Origin: Vicugna vicugna
Lineage: Eukaryota
Direction: 5' to 3'
NCBI GenBank assembly: GCA_013265495.1
Contig: MU058252.1
Coordinates: 1,398,244-1,462,243 of the forward strand
DNA: 64,000 nt
The number at the start of each line of letters is the position of its first letter. Within the stretch, counting starts at the first letter, position 1. Shown piece by piece: positions 50,112-61,050 of the stretch. The notes under the pieces are model-generated. The model was not told the DNA's origin. It worked only from the letters and a program-made list of their open reading frames with translations, and searched no databases. A program made the translations under genes and the position numbers.

Positions 50112-51255
50112 AATACCATATGATTTCACTTGTATGTGGAATCTAAACAAATGAATGAACAAAGTAGAACAGAAACAGATTCACAGATTCGGAGAACAAA
50201 CTAGGGGATGTCAGAGAGCTGTGAAGTGGAGCAATGGGCGAAATAGGCAAAGGGGATTACAAGGCACAAACTTTCATAAATGTTGGAGTGGGTGTGGATA
50301 AGAGAACCCCCTACATTGCTGGTGGGAATGTAAATTGGTGCAGCCACTACGGAGAACAGTATAGAGATTCTTTAAAAAACTAAAAATAGACTACCCCATG
50401 GTCCAACAATCCCACTCCTGGGCATATATCCAGAGGGAACTCTAAGTCAAAAAGATACCTGCACCCCAATGTGCACTGCAGCACTATATACAATAGCCAA
50501 GACATAGAAGCAACCTAAATGTCCACTGACAGATGACTGGATAAAGCAGCTGTGGTATATTTATACAATGGAATACTACTCAGCCATAATAAAGAATGAA
50601 ATAATGACACTTGCAGCAACATGGATGCACCTAGAGATTATCATACTAAGTGAATTAAGTCAGACAGAGAGAGACAAATACGTATCACTCATATGTGGAA
50701 TCTAAAAAAAATGATACCAATGTACTTATTTACAAAATAGAAACAGACACACACATAGAAAACAAACTTATGGTTATCAAAGGGGAAAGGGAGTTGGGGA
50801 GGGATAAATTAGGAGTCTGGGATTAGCGGGTATAAACTACTACGTATAAAACAGATAAATAATAAGGTCCTGCTGTATAGCACAAGGAACTATATTCAAT
50901 ATCTTGTAATAAAACATAATGGAAAATAACATTAAAAAATATACATGCATATAACTGAATCACTTTGCTATACACCAGAAACTAACACAACATTGTAAAT
51001 CAACAAGACTTCAATAAAAATAAATAAATAAATAGATAAGTAAATAAATGGCACAAACTTCCAGTTATGGGGATGCAATATACAGGAAAGGGAATACTGT
51101 TGGTAATGTTGTAGTAACTTTAAATGGTGACCGTTGGTAACTAGTCTTATTGTGGTGATCATGTAATGTATATAAATGTTAAATCACTATGTTATATACC
51201 TGAAATTATTGTAACATTGTATGTCAATTATCCTTCAATAAAAAATAAAAATAAA
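50112..51255 (+). mobile_element. Intermediate-age L1 3' end (L1MA9/laurasiatherian type), split by a younger L1
   Basis: AAATACCATATGATTTCACTTGTATGTGGAATCTAAA..GGCACAAACTT | GGCACAAACTTCCAGTTAT..GTATGTCAATTATCCTTCAAT plus A-tail. Confidence 0.8.
50274..51049 (+). mobile_element. Young 5'-truncated LINE-1
   Basis: ORF2 C-terminal DNA (TGCACCCCAATGTGCACTGCAGCAC..GGAATACTACTCAGCCATA), 3'UTR and A-tail. Perfect TSD GGCACAAACTT at 50263-50273 and 51050-51060. Confidence 0.93.
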
Positions 51256-52609
51256 AGAATGATTAGTATGCCAGGAGACATAAAGCTGTGACATCTACTA
51301 CCAATGTAATTCACTATATTATCAGAGAAGAGCAGGAAACAAAAGTATTTCAACAGAGCAACACCCAGTCCTGAAAACACATGGAGACCTAGGAACAGGC
51401 ACATCTCCTTCACTGTGATAAAGCAGGCGACACAGATGCCGTACTTAACGGTGAAAAGACCAAGCCAGGAACAGGACAGGAACGCTGGTTTCATGACCAC
51501 CGTCACTGTTTCACTGCCGGCCCCAGCCAATGGGGTGAAACGAGGAGAGTGGATGACTCTACAGAAGGAAGTGGCCTACTTATTACTGCTGACAGATGGC
51601 AGCACTGGCCACGCACAAAATCTGTGAAAACCCAGTGACAAACTAAAAGACTTCCAGATAAAAAAGGCACAGTGGGATAACCAGTAACGAGTAAACACAA
51701 ACACTGACACCCATGACTATAAAAATGATAAATTAGAAAATCTAGTGGAACAGAATTCTACTCAATAGCAAAAACAAAACAACAAAAACATAAAACCCAA
51801 ATCCACAAAACACACACAAAAAAAGTATTTAGGAATGAGCATAATAATAAATATGTTACTTGTGTTACTGGTGAAGAACTCTCCAAAACTTACTTAAGAA
51901 CATGAATTATACCTGAAAAAATGGACATTTATTTTGGTTTCTAGACAGGGAAGACTCATTACTATGAAGATACTAATTCTTTTGAAACTGTTCCATAAAT
52001 TCAATACAATTTAAGAGAAAACCCTAATGAATTTTTAGTTGTGTCTTTATAAGTTGATTCTAAAGCTTATTTGGAACAGTAGAGCATGGAAGAACAGCAA
52101 CTATACTCTTAAAAAAAGGATGATGGCAGGGGAACTTTTCCTCTAAAACGTCAAAATTTACTATGCAGCTACAACAATTAAAACTGGCACAGAAAGAAAT
52201 AAGAATCAAACAAAATAAATTAGAAACAAGTCAGTTCATAGTAGGAACTTAGCATTTGATAAAGATTAAATTCCAAATTAGGAAAAATAAGGCAAATAAT
52301 TTTTCCTTCTTTTTAAAATTGAGGTATAATTGACCTATAATATGATATTAGTTTCATGAAGTAAAGATTTAAACATTAGAAATACAACTACAAAAATACT
52401 GGAAGAAAATGCAAAAGGTTATTTTTGTCATTTGGGGGCATAAGGATGGCTCCTCTCCTGCAAGTCACCACACAGAAACCATAAAGAAAAGATTGTTAGA
52501 TTTGGCTACAGAAAAAGGTGTAAGCCTCTGTTCAGTGGGAGGTGCCATAAATAACATTAAAAGATGACCATCCAGGAAAAGCATGTAATGAATAAAAAAT
52601 CTTAAGAGC

Positions 52610-52750
52610 CAACATTAATACAGGGGCTATTATATGCCAGGAATTGTGTTAAGTATTTTACACAAATTATCTAATTACAATGGATACGTATTATTATTGT
52701 TATTCTACTTTACAGGTGGGAAAACTTAAGTTTAGAAAGGTCACATATGT
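52610..52750 (-). mobile_element. MIR fragment
   Basis: TATATGCCAGGAATTGTGTTAAGTATTTTAC..TTTACAGGTGGGAAAACT..AAGGTCACA. Confidence 0.65.
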
Positions 52751-52769
52751 ACTAAAAGGGCTGCTATCT

Positions 52770-53185
52770 GTAATAGGCTGCGTTGTTCAGGACTCCCATT
52801 CCCTGGCCCCATCATTCCTCAGACATTTGAACCAAATCAGCTAATTAAAGCTTTGAAGTTTTGGAGCTAGAGGAGAATGGACATTACCTTTGGGTTTAGA
52901 AAGCTTCAGTGACGTGAATTTGAAGTTTCCTTCAAATGTTCAATCATCAGTGTTTCTGGCTACATAAAGAAAACCTAATTCCAGAAGGATCAAACAGAGA
53001 AAAGCAGAGGTAAAACATAAAAGGAGAAAAGTTGTGACGTAACTGTTGGGTCCCTGGAAGCACTTGTGCCTGAGTTTAGAGCTACTCCTGGACTCCCAGT
53101 GGTGAGAGCACGTGTCCCAGTCCCCTCTTTTCTTAAGCTAATTCGAATGGGTTACCTGACCCTTAGCATACAACGTCCACAGTAC
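52770..53185 (+). mobile_element. MaLR LTR (MLT1J/K-like), old
   Basis: GTCCCTGGAAGCACTTGTGCCTGAG..CTCCTGGACTCCCAGT..TTTCTTAAGCTAATTCGAATGGGTTACCTGAC resembles the MLT1 3' end. Confidence 0.5.
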
Positions 53186-54233
53186 AGAAAGACTTCACCT
53201 ACTAATTAAGGAAGCAAAAGACAAATCAACAGCACAACAACAAAGAATGTGATTAGAAACTCAGTGAAGAAATATTGGTGGGGGGGTCCAAGCCCCTCTG
53301 CGGTGGAGGACTGGACACTGTTTCTATCTGCTCCTCTTGAGGTCTCCGCATTGCGAAGAGCCACACAGATCATCCACAGTTAGTGTCCAGTGGCCGTCTG
53401 GGTGTACGGATGGTTTATCTTGGGATCACTTCTGCCTTAACACATGACCTCTTATTTGGCTCTACGAAATAATCTTCCTTAAATGTGGAGGTAGAAAGCA
53501 GGAGAAATCATTGATAGTATATTGTTTCTGAAACATCAAGGGACTGAGATAAGATTACCCCCACGTGGCTTCTGTTAGCACCGCGGAGGTACGGGGGCTT
53601 AAGTGTGCTTCAGGAGCGGTGTTGGTCGTTAACTGGCACCTTCCCACAAAGTCCTGACCGTCCTCCCACGTGGCTTGTCGCAGAGCCTGTAATGAAGCTG
53701 ACAGCTCCTCGAGGCACGATTTTCCTTCCTTAATGCATGGCTTCTTTGGAATAGAATCAATTACAGAGTTTTATTTTATTTCATCTCTACAAATTGGTTG
53801 TGGAATGATGCTTCTTTGGTGTCAGGGGCAAAAAAAAAGGTCCCTGGATGAGAGACTGATATAAAGCAGAGAAAGGAATGTCATCGCTGAATAAGTGGCA
53901 CAGATTGCGACCCGTGGCAGTTCAGTGCAAAAGTTTACTGCAAACCTAATCTGTGCTCAGCATTACGGAGGATTCAAAAATGGGCAGAAAACCTAACTGC
54001 TTTCAAAAAGCTTTCAGTCTAGTTTGGGAAAGAAGAGAGGGGACAGGGAAGCAACAGTGGCCGTCTCTGATTCACTGACGGAGAGGGGGAGGATGGAGAC
54101 AGGACAGCGAGGAGATAACTGACAGTGAGGAGGTAACTGACAGTTTGTTCTAGAAGTGGAGATACCAAAAGCATATTTTAGACACTTGCTCCTTCAGTAC
54201 AGGAAGGAGGAAGTTAAAGATGAGGGCAGATGT

Positions 54234-54280
54234 GTATATATATATATATATATATATACATATATATGTATATATATATA
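54234..54280. repeat. (TA)n microsatellite
   Basis: Directly visible. Confidence 0.9.
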
Positions 54281-54289
54281 CACCAACCT

Positions 54290-55480
54290 GAATTTAATAC
54301 TAGTTCATTTTATTTCTTTAAACATAATGTGTTGGACGAGAAGCAATGACAGTCCATTAGCAGTGAATACTCGTCATGCCCAGTTCCACTCAAAGGAACC
54401 AGGGCTCCTCAGAAAACTTGTTCCAGGTATGGGGCAGAAAAAGACTAATATAGACAAATCAAAAGGGCACAGAGTAAGTTTGAAAAGGAATTCTGATTAA
54501 ATCTGGGATAATTTTAGCATTAAAAAAAACTAGGACCGCATTGGATTGAAACTCATCAAACGTAATAACAATCCATGAATTCATAATGATACTCAAAAAT
54601 TATTTTCATAGTTATATTATGAGGTGGCTTAGAGAATCAATTTGATATAAAGAAAGGGAAGGAATCAAGTACTTATCCTGCCTTTCCAAACATGAGGGGG
54701 AAATTCTCTATAAGGATTATGGCTAACACACGCCAAAGAAAATGAAAATGTTAGAATACCCACTTACTAACCCCTCATGAAACAATCATTCCAGGCAAAG
54801 ATTATTAATGTCTGCTAAAACTATTAGGTAAAGTTAATGGGGAAACTTTATAATGCATGCATCAAATTGACATTTGACCTCACTGATCAATTTTAATATC
54901 ACTGAAATTGAACAGTTAGACATTTGTGACTCCAGAGTAAGATGCAAAAGAAAGTTCATAGCACCAGCTATAAACTATTCTTGGAAAAAAACCCAAACCT
55001 GATTCTCATGGAGCTTCTAGATTTTACTACGAGTTTACAGAAAATACAGGAGCAAGAGGAACACGTCAAAGAACACCTTGAGGATATAATCTCACAACTA
55101 AACACAATGTTCTGCCTGGACTAGATCGAGTCACACAAACTCAAAGGCATTTCTGAGGCATTGTGTGAATGTGAACCTGCCTAGATACTGGGCGATACCA
55201 AGGAATTATTAGCTATTTAGTTGAATGTAGTAATAGTTTTATGGTTACATTTAAAAAAAAACCTTTATATTTTAATTACACAGTAAAGCACTTAGAAGTC
55301 AAATATGCCTGAGATTTGCTTTAAAATGCTCCAGTAAAAAGAAAAAAAAATGGAGGTGAGGGCTAGATTAAAAAGAAGGGCAGAATGTAGAGAATTATTT
55401 GATAGATGTATGGGGCTTATACTATTCCACTTCTGTGAATTTTTGAGAATTTTCATAATAGAGCTTTTCTTTCTTTTTTT
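54290..55480 (+). mobile_element. Old L1 3'UTR (L1MC4/5 or L1ME-like)
   Basis: AAGGAACCAGGGCTCC..CAATCCATGAATTCATAATGATACTC..TGAGATTTGCTTTAAAATGCTCCAG..GAATTTTCATAATA. Confidence 0.7.
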
Positions 55481-55649
55481 TTTCTAAACCAGTTTCTCTA
55501 TGATTTTTTCCAGGGAGTTTATGCAGTTCACTCTATCTCAAAGTACCTTTGGAGGTAAAGTAATCCAAGCTTCTCAGCACAGTTTTCCAAAATAAAGATA
55601 AGCCATTGACCCCAACACTCACCACCCACCAGGAGGAATTTTGCTAGGT

Positions 55650-56235
55650 CAAGCATCCTTGCGGGAGCCTGGAACCCCGGGGGTTAACAGCCTGTGCCCC
55701 GCAGCTGAGCGCGGAGCGGCCCCACAGCTGCCAGCAATTAGGCTAGCTGGCAGCCCCCTTAGGAAACTCCCGCCGCCTGATTAGGACTAATTGCTAGCCA
55801 GCCTCTAAGTCCCCGATCGATAGAAATGGAAATCCATTAGGGAAAGAAAGGCAGGGCCGAGGGAGGCCGCCTTCTGGTGAGTATGCACGTACCAGGCGAT
55901 GCCAGCGTTGTTTACTAGTATTTACGGAGTACTCCAAAATGCACCCCATTCCTGCAGTGTTCCTGGAAAATTACACTGTGAGAGACACTCCCATAGTTTC
56001 CTTTAGACCCCCAAAGAGAGTCTTCTTTCCCCCCTGATTTTGGTCTATAACTGAGAGAAGCCTGTTTCCGCCAAGAACGGCACTATGACAGTAGTTTCTT
56101 GGAGAGAGAAATCACGTGTCCGGGAGCGTGGCCGAGGGCAGGGCTGCGTGGGAAGCTGGGGAAACGCTTGGCGCAGGGGCGGGACTTTAGCTGAGCTTTT
56201 GAGTTTGCCCAAAGCAGTTATTCTGCATCAAGTAA
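55650..56235. promoter_or_regulatory. CpG-enriched promoter/enhancer-like element
   Basis: Repeat-free with locally high CpG. E-box CACGTG (56113-56118), GC box GGGGCGGGAC (56176-56185), inverted pair of CTAATTGCT homeodomain sites, and + strand donor sites CTG|GTGAGT (55877) and CAA|GTAAGT (56232). Function is inferred. Confidence 0.45.
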
Positions 56236-57379
56236 GTTCAGGTCTGAGACTCCTTGGCAGCTACTGAAAAACTCACTTCAGATCCTTGCCAGTTTGAAAT
56301 TTGTGACCGGACACCAGAGAGGATGGTAGTTTTAACCCGAACCATTTCAATTGACTGCATGCTAGGTTCTGAGAATCCAGAGATGGGTAAGATGTGGTCC
56401 TTACATGCAAGGAATCCTACAATCCATGCAAATTCAAAACCAAAAAAGGGATCGCAGAGAGACTATTTAAACTGCCTGCTTATGCTTTTAAACCCCCACC
56501 GCCACATTTTCTCATTTAATTGAATTTTTTGTTAAAACAAACCACACATACGCACAAGGAGTTTTGAGTTTGAACTTATTTTGAAATTTAAGGATATTAA
56601 AATGAAGTATGGGTTGTATTATTTGAGAAAATAACGTTTGTGAGCTTACTCTGGATAAGTTTCACAAGTAGGACAAAGGTCCTTGCTTATCCTGTGTTCA
56701 GAAACTTAAAGTTCTTCCATATATTGTACATAAAGACTAGATTAAATTCAAGCTGTGAATTTGTTTCTCCAGAAATAACATGCCTCTTTTAAAGAGCTTA
56801 TGAAAATTAGACAAGAGAAGAACCACACTATTATTTTGCAGCTTCATGCAGAGGCAAATTCTTATTCCTCTTGCATTAAGAATACAAATGTCTGAAATGT
56901 ATTAAAGAAAAACTACTGTTAAAAAAGGATTACTATGTATTCTTAACTTACTGTTTACCTCAAATACAATCTAGAACTTTTAAAAGCAGTTCAGAATATT
57001 CATTTGCTTTAAAATCAGATTCATTACAAACGACCCACTTATTAAAGAAACTCAAACATCAGCAACTCATTGAAGTCGCTGTGTATACATGAAAGTAACA
57101 AACTGCATTTCTGTTAAAACAGTCTAAGATTCTGTTTTTCCCAGAGTAGTACCGTAATGCTGTTCAACTTACACTTGAGATGATTTCAAACGCCATAACC
57201 ACATTATACAGAAGTCTTTAAACTTCCTAGAGGGCTTTCTTTTTTTTTCAGGATAAGCACTGTGGCAGGGACAGGAAGCCCAGATGGAATGATCTAGATC
57301 ATGCTGTACAGTTATGTGTCTACAGTTACTGGTATCCAAACTGCATTTAGAAGACTGTTCGACAGGAGTGAATTCTTAC

Positions 57380-57422
57380 CGTTATGCGGTGTTGCTGCAC
57401 TGGGATGAGGTCAAGCAGGAAC
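57380..57422 (-). other. Candidate 43-nt internal exon (transcript unknown)
   Basis: Minus strand: TTTATCTGTCACTTTCAG|GTTCCTGC..CCGCATAACG|GTAAGAAT. One open frame (FLLDLIPVQQHRIT). No partner exons identified. Confidence 0.3.
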
Positions 57423-58739
57423 CTGAAAGTGACAGATAAATTTCAGTGACTGGGCGCGGGAAGCCAACAAGAGAATACAACTTTTTTAAGTGCTTTTTTT
57501 TTTTTTTTCAGAGTGTTTCCATAAAATAGCCCAAATTCAGAGTAAGGAGACTGGTTTTGTAAACTACAGAGGAAAACAAATCTCATTGCTCTATGCTCAG
57601 AATTCGCACTTAGTCATTTGACCCAGAGGAGGACAAGCATCACTTCCTTATTATATGGGCCAGGAAAAGCGGGAAGAAGGGAGAGAAAGTGATTTGCCCA
57701 AGATTACACAGTTGACTGAGGGCAGAGCGGGCCCGAGAGCCTGACTCTCTGTTTCTAGTCCACTGCTTACCCTTTGCTGTTCTTTTGTCTTTGCTATTTT
57801 TTCCTAAATTGGTCTCTTTATTCCCTTTTTCCCCCATTCCCTATTTATCCTTTATCTCAGTTAGATGCTTTTGATTTCTTCCCTCTCCTTTTTCTTCTCT
57901 TTCCTTTTTAATTATGTAAACCTCCTACAGCCCAGGGCTAGTTGGGCCGCCTGGAGGTCTGGGTACAAGAAGGCCTTGACAAAGGCATCAACAAGTGTGT
58001 CAGGTACTGGAGACCCCGCTACCTCAAAACTGCAGAACAATTTTACTATTTAGTAACTGGAGTCCCATTTTAGTAACAAGAATTTCACTTACACTTGATA
58101 TATTTGATTATGTTTAATTTTATGAAGTTAACAAGGAAGAACTCTAAAATAAAAATCTACAAAAATCACATTCTATTTTTACCTAACTTTTAAAAAAGTC
58201 CTCGTATTTCAAGAGCTCTGGCAACCAAAGCTTAAAGTGGAGAACTCTGAAATCCAGTTGACATTCACATTGCTCCAATCTTAGGAATACTTCCCCTTCC
58301 TTCGTAGGGGAGACCTCGCTGGCTACTTGTTATTCCGCTTTGATTCCATTGTCCTTATCTGAACTCTGTCATTCTGAGAATCCCAAAATCTTCCTTAAAG
58401 CCATGGTTTAGTTTCACAGTGAATAGGATTTTAGCCTTAAAAACATTCAGCCCACTGTATGAAGTTACATGATAGCAGTAGACTCAAGAGTTAACGGGAA
58501 ACAAAGGCTCAGAAGAGTCACACTAAAGTAACAAAGCAGGGAACTTGGGACAAGTCCTGAGCGCTCTCAGATGAATATAAAGAGGATCTGCGGAGTTCTC
58601 TCCTCGGCAAGGCAACTTCAACGCTAAAAATCTGAAATCCTGGCAAAACACCCATCTTTCACATGAGTAAAGCAGAACAGTCTTTAAAAATTAGGTAGTA
58701 TCTTTCCGCTGCTTAACCACTCTCACATGGTACCTTTTC

Positions 58740-59115
58740 AGTTTTATTTTTTAACAGCTTTATCATGAGATCATAGCCTCATTTAAAATATACAATCAAT
58801 GGGTTTTAATGTATTCACAGAGTTGTGCAGCCATCATCACATTTTTACAGTCTCATCAACTCAAAAATAAATGTCACACCCACTTTCCCCCCAGCTCCCA
58901 ACCCTAGTCTATCACTAATCTTTTTCTTATCTTTATAGATTTGCCCATTCTGGACATTTCATGTAAATGAAATCATACAATGTGTGGCCTTTTGTGACTG
59001 GCTCCTTTCACTTAGCAGTGTTTTCAAGGTTTATCTGGGTTATGGCATGTATCAGTACTATACGGGAAGAGTTCATTCCTTTTCATTGTCGAATAATATG
59101 ACATTATATGTATAA
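58740..59115 (-). mobile_element. Old L1 (L1MB-like) 3' end
   Basis: TTTTAACAGCTTTAT..ATTCACAGAGTTGTGCAGCCATCA..GCCCATTCTGGACATTTCATGTAAATG. Confidence 0.85.
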
Positions 59116-59414
59116 ACAATAGATAAACAACAAAGTCTTCTTTTTCTTTTTCCATTAAAAAACCCCCAATTTTGGACTTGAATAAATGATAAATAAATTT
59201 CTATCATGTTTGGATACTTATACATTCTTTTTTTATTGAGGTATAATTGATATATAATATTATATTAATTTGATATTTGTATATATTGTGAAATGATCAC
59301 CACAATAAGTTTAGTTAACATCTGTCAACATACATAGTTTAAAAAAATGTTTTTCTTGTGGTAAGAACTTAAGATTTATTCTCTTAGCAATTTTCTAATA
59401 TGTAATACAGTATT

Positions 59415-59567
59415 TAAAAAATTTTAAACTTATTTTTAATATAATTTTGGGGGGAGGTAATGAGGTTTATTTATTCATTTTATTTTTAGAGGAGGTACTA
59501 GGGATTGAACCCAGGACCTTGTGCATGCTAAGCACACACTCTACCACTTGCGCTATCCCCTCCCCCT
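59415..59567 (-). mobile_element. Camelid-type tRNA-derived SINE nested in L1
   Basis: GAGGTACTAGGGATTGAACCCAGGACCTTGTGCATGCTAAGCAC..CTATCCCCTCCCC. Perfect TSD TGTAATACAGTATT at 59401-59414 and 59568-59581. Confidence 0.95.
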
Positions 59568-60971
59568 TGTAATACAGTATTATTAACTATAGTCACTATT
59601 TTGTACATTACATCCCTATGACTCACTTTATAATTGGTACCTTTAGACTCCCTTTACCCATTTTGTCCAACCCTCAACCACCAGTTCTGGCAACCGCCAA
59701 TCTGTTCTGTTTCTATGAGCTTGTTTTTATTTGTTTGTTTTGTTTTGTTTATATTCCACATAAGTGAGATCATAAAATATTTGTCTTTCTCTGTTTGACT
59801 TATTTCACTTAGCTTAATGCTCCCAAAGTCCATCCATGTTGTCACAAATGATGAGATTTCATTCTTTTTTATGTCTGAATATCTATGTCACATTTTCTTT
59901 ATCCATTCATCAATAGATATTTAGTTTGTTTCCATATGTTGGCTATTGTAAATAATGCTACAATGAACAGAGGGCTGCATATATCTTTTTGAGTTAGAGT
60001 TTTCATGTTCTTTGGATAAATACCCAGAAGTGGAATTGCTGGATCATACAGTGGTTCTATTTTTAGTTTTCTGAGGAATTTCCATACTGTTTTCTATTTT
60101 GGCTGCACCAATTAACATTACCAACAGTGCACTAGGGTTCCCTGTTCTCCACATCCTCACCAATTCTTATTTCTTGTCATGTTGATAATAGCCATTCTAA
60201 TAGGTCTGAGGTGGTATCTCATTTCAGCTTTGATTTGCATTCCCCTGATGATTAGTGATGTTGAGCATCTTTTCACACACTTTGTTGGCCATCTGTATGT
60301 ATGTCTTCTTTGGGAAAATGTCTATTTAGATCTTCTGCCCATTTTAAAATCAGATTACCTGTTTTGTTTTTGCTATTGAGTTGTATGAGTTCTTTATACA
60401 TTTTGGATAATAACACCTTATCAGATATATGACTTGCAAATATTTTCTCCCATTCATTAGGCTGCCTTTTCATCTTGTTGCTGTGCAGAAGCTTTTTAGT
60501 TTGATGCAGTCCCACTTGCTTATTTTTGCTTCTGTTGCCTTTGGTTTTTTGGTGTCAGATTTAAAGTCACCAAGACTGATGTCAAGGAGCTTATTGCCTA
60601 TGTTTTCTTCCAGGAGTTCTACAGTTTCAGGTCTCACATTCAAGTCTTTAATCCATGTTGAGTTAATTTTTGTGTATGGTAATTTTTGTATATGGTATAA
60701 GATAGTGGTCCAGCTTCATTCTTTTGCATGTAGCTGTTCAGTTTTCCCAACACGATTTATTGAAGAGATTGTCCCTTCTCCATTGTACGTTCTTGGCTCC
60801 TTTGTTGTAAATTGATTGACTATGTATGTATGGGTTTATTTCTGGGCACTCTATTCTGTTCCACTGATCTATGTGTCTGTTTTTATGCTAATACCATATG
60901 TTTTGATTACCATATGCTTTGTAATATAGTTTCAAATCAGGGAGCATGATGCCTCTAGTGTTCTTTCTTTC

Positions 60972-61050
60972 TTTTTAAAGATTTTTAAAGTGAAGCATAG
61001 TTTATTTACAGTGTTTTAGATGTACAGCAAAGTAATTCAGTTATATATAT
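60972..61050 (-). mobile_element. Tiny young L1 3' tip nested in the older L1
   Basis: TGAAGCATAGTTTATTTACAGTGTT..TGTACAGCAAAGTAATTCAGTTATATATAT, flanked by GTGTTCTT(T)CTTTCTT on both sides. Confidence 0.7.

Larger units (their letters stand above)
48960..52570 (+). mobile_element. Ancient L1M ORF2 remnant hosting two younger nested L1s
   Basis: A-rich sense L1 (ATTCTATCAAACCTTCCAAAG..AGGCTAGCATAACC..ATATCAGCAAATCAAATACAGC; resumes after 51270 to ACCATAAAGAAAAGATTG..). Heavily decayed. Confidence 0.75.
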
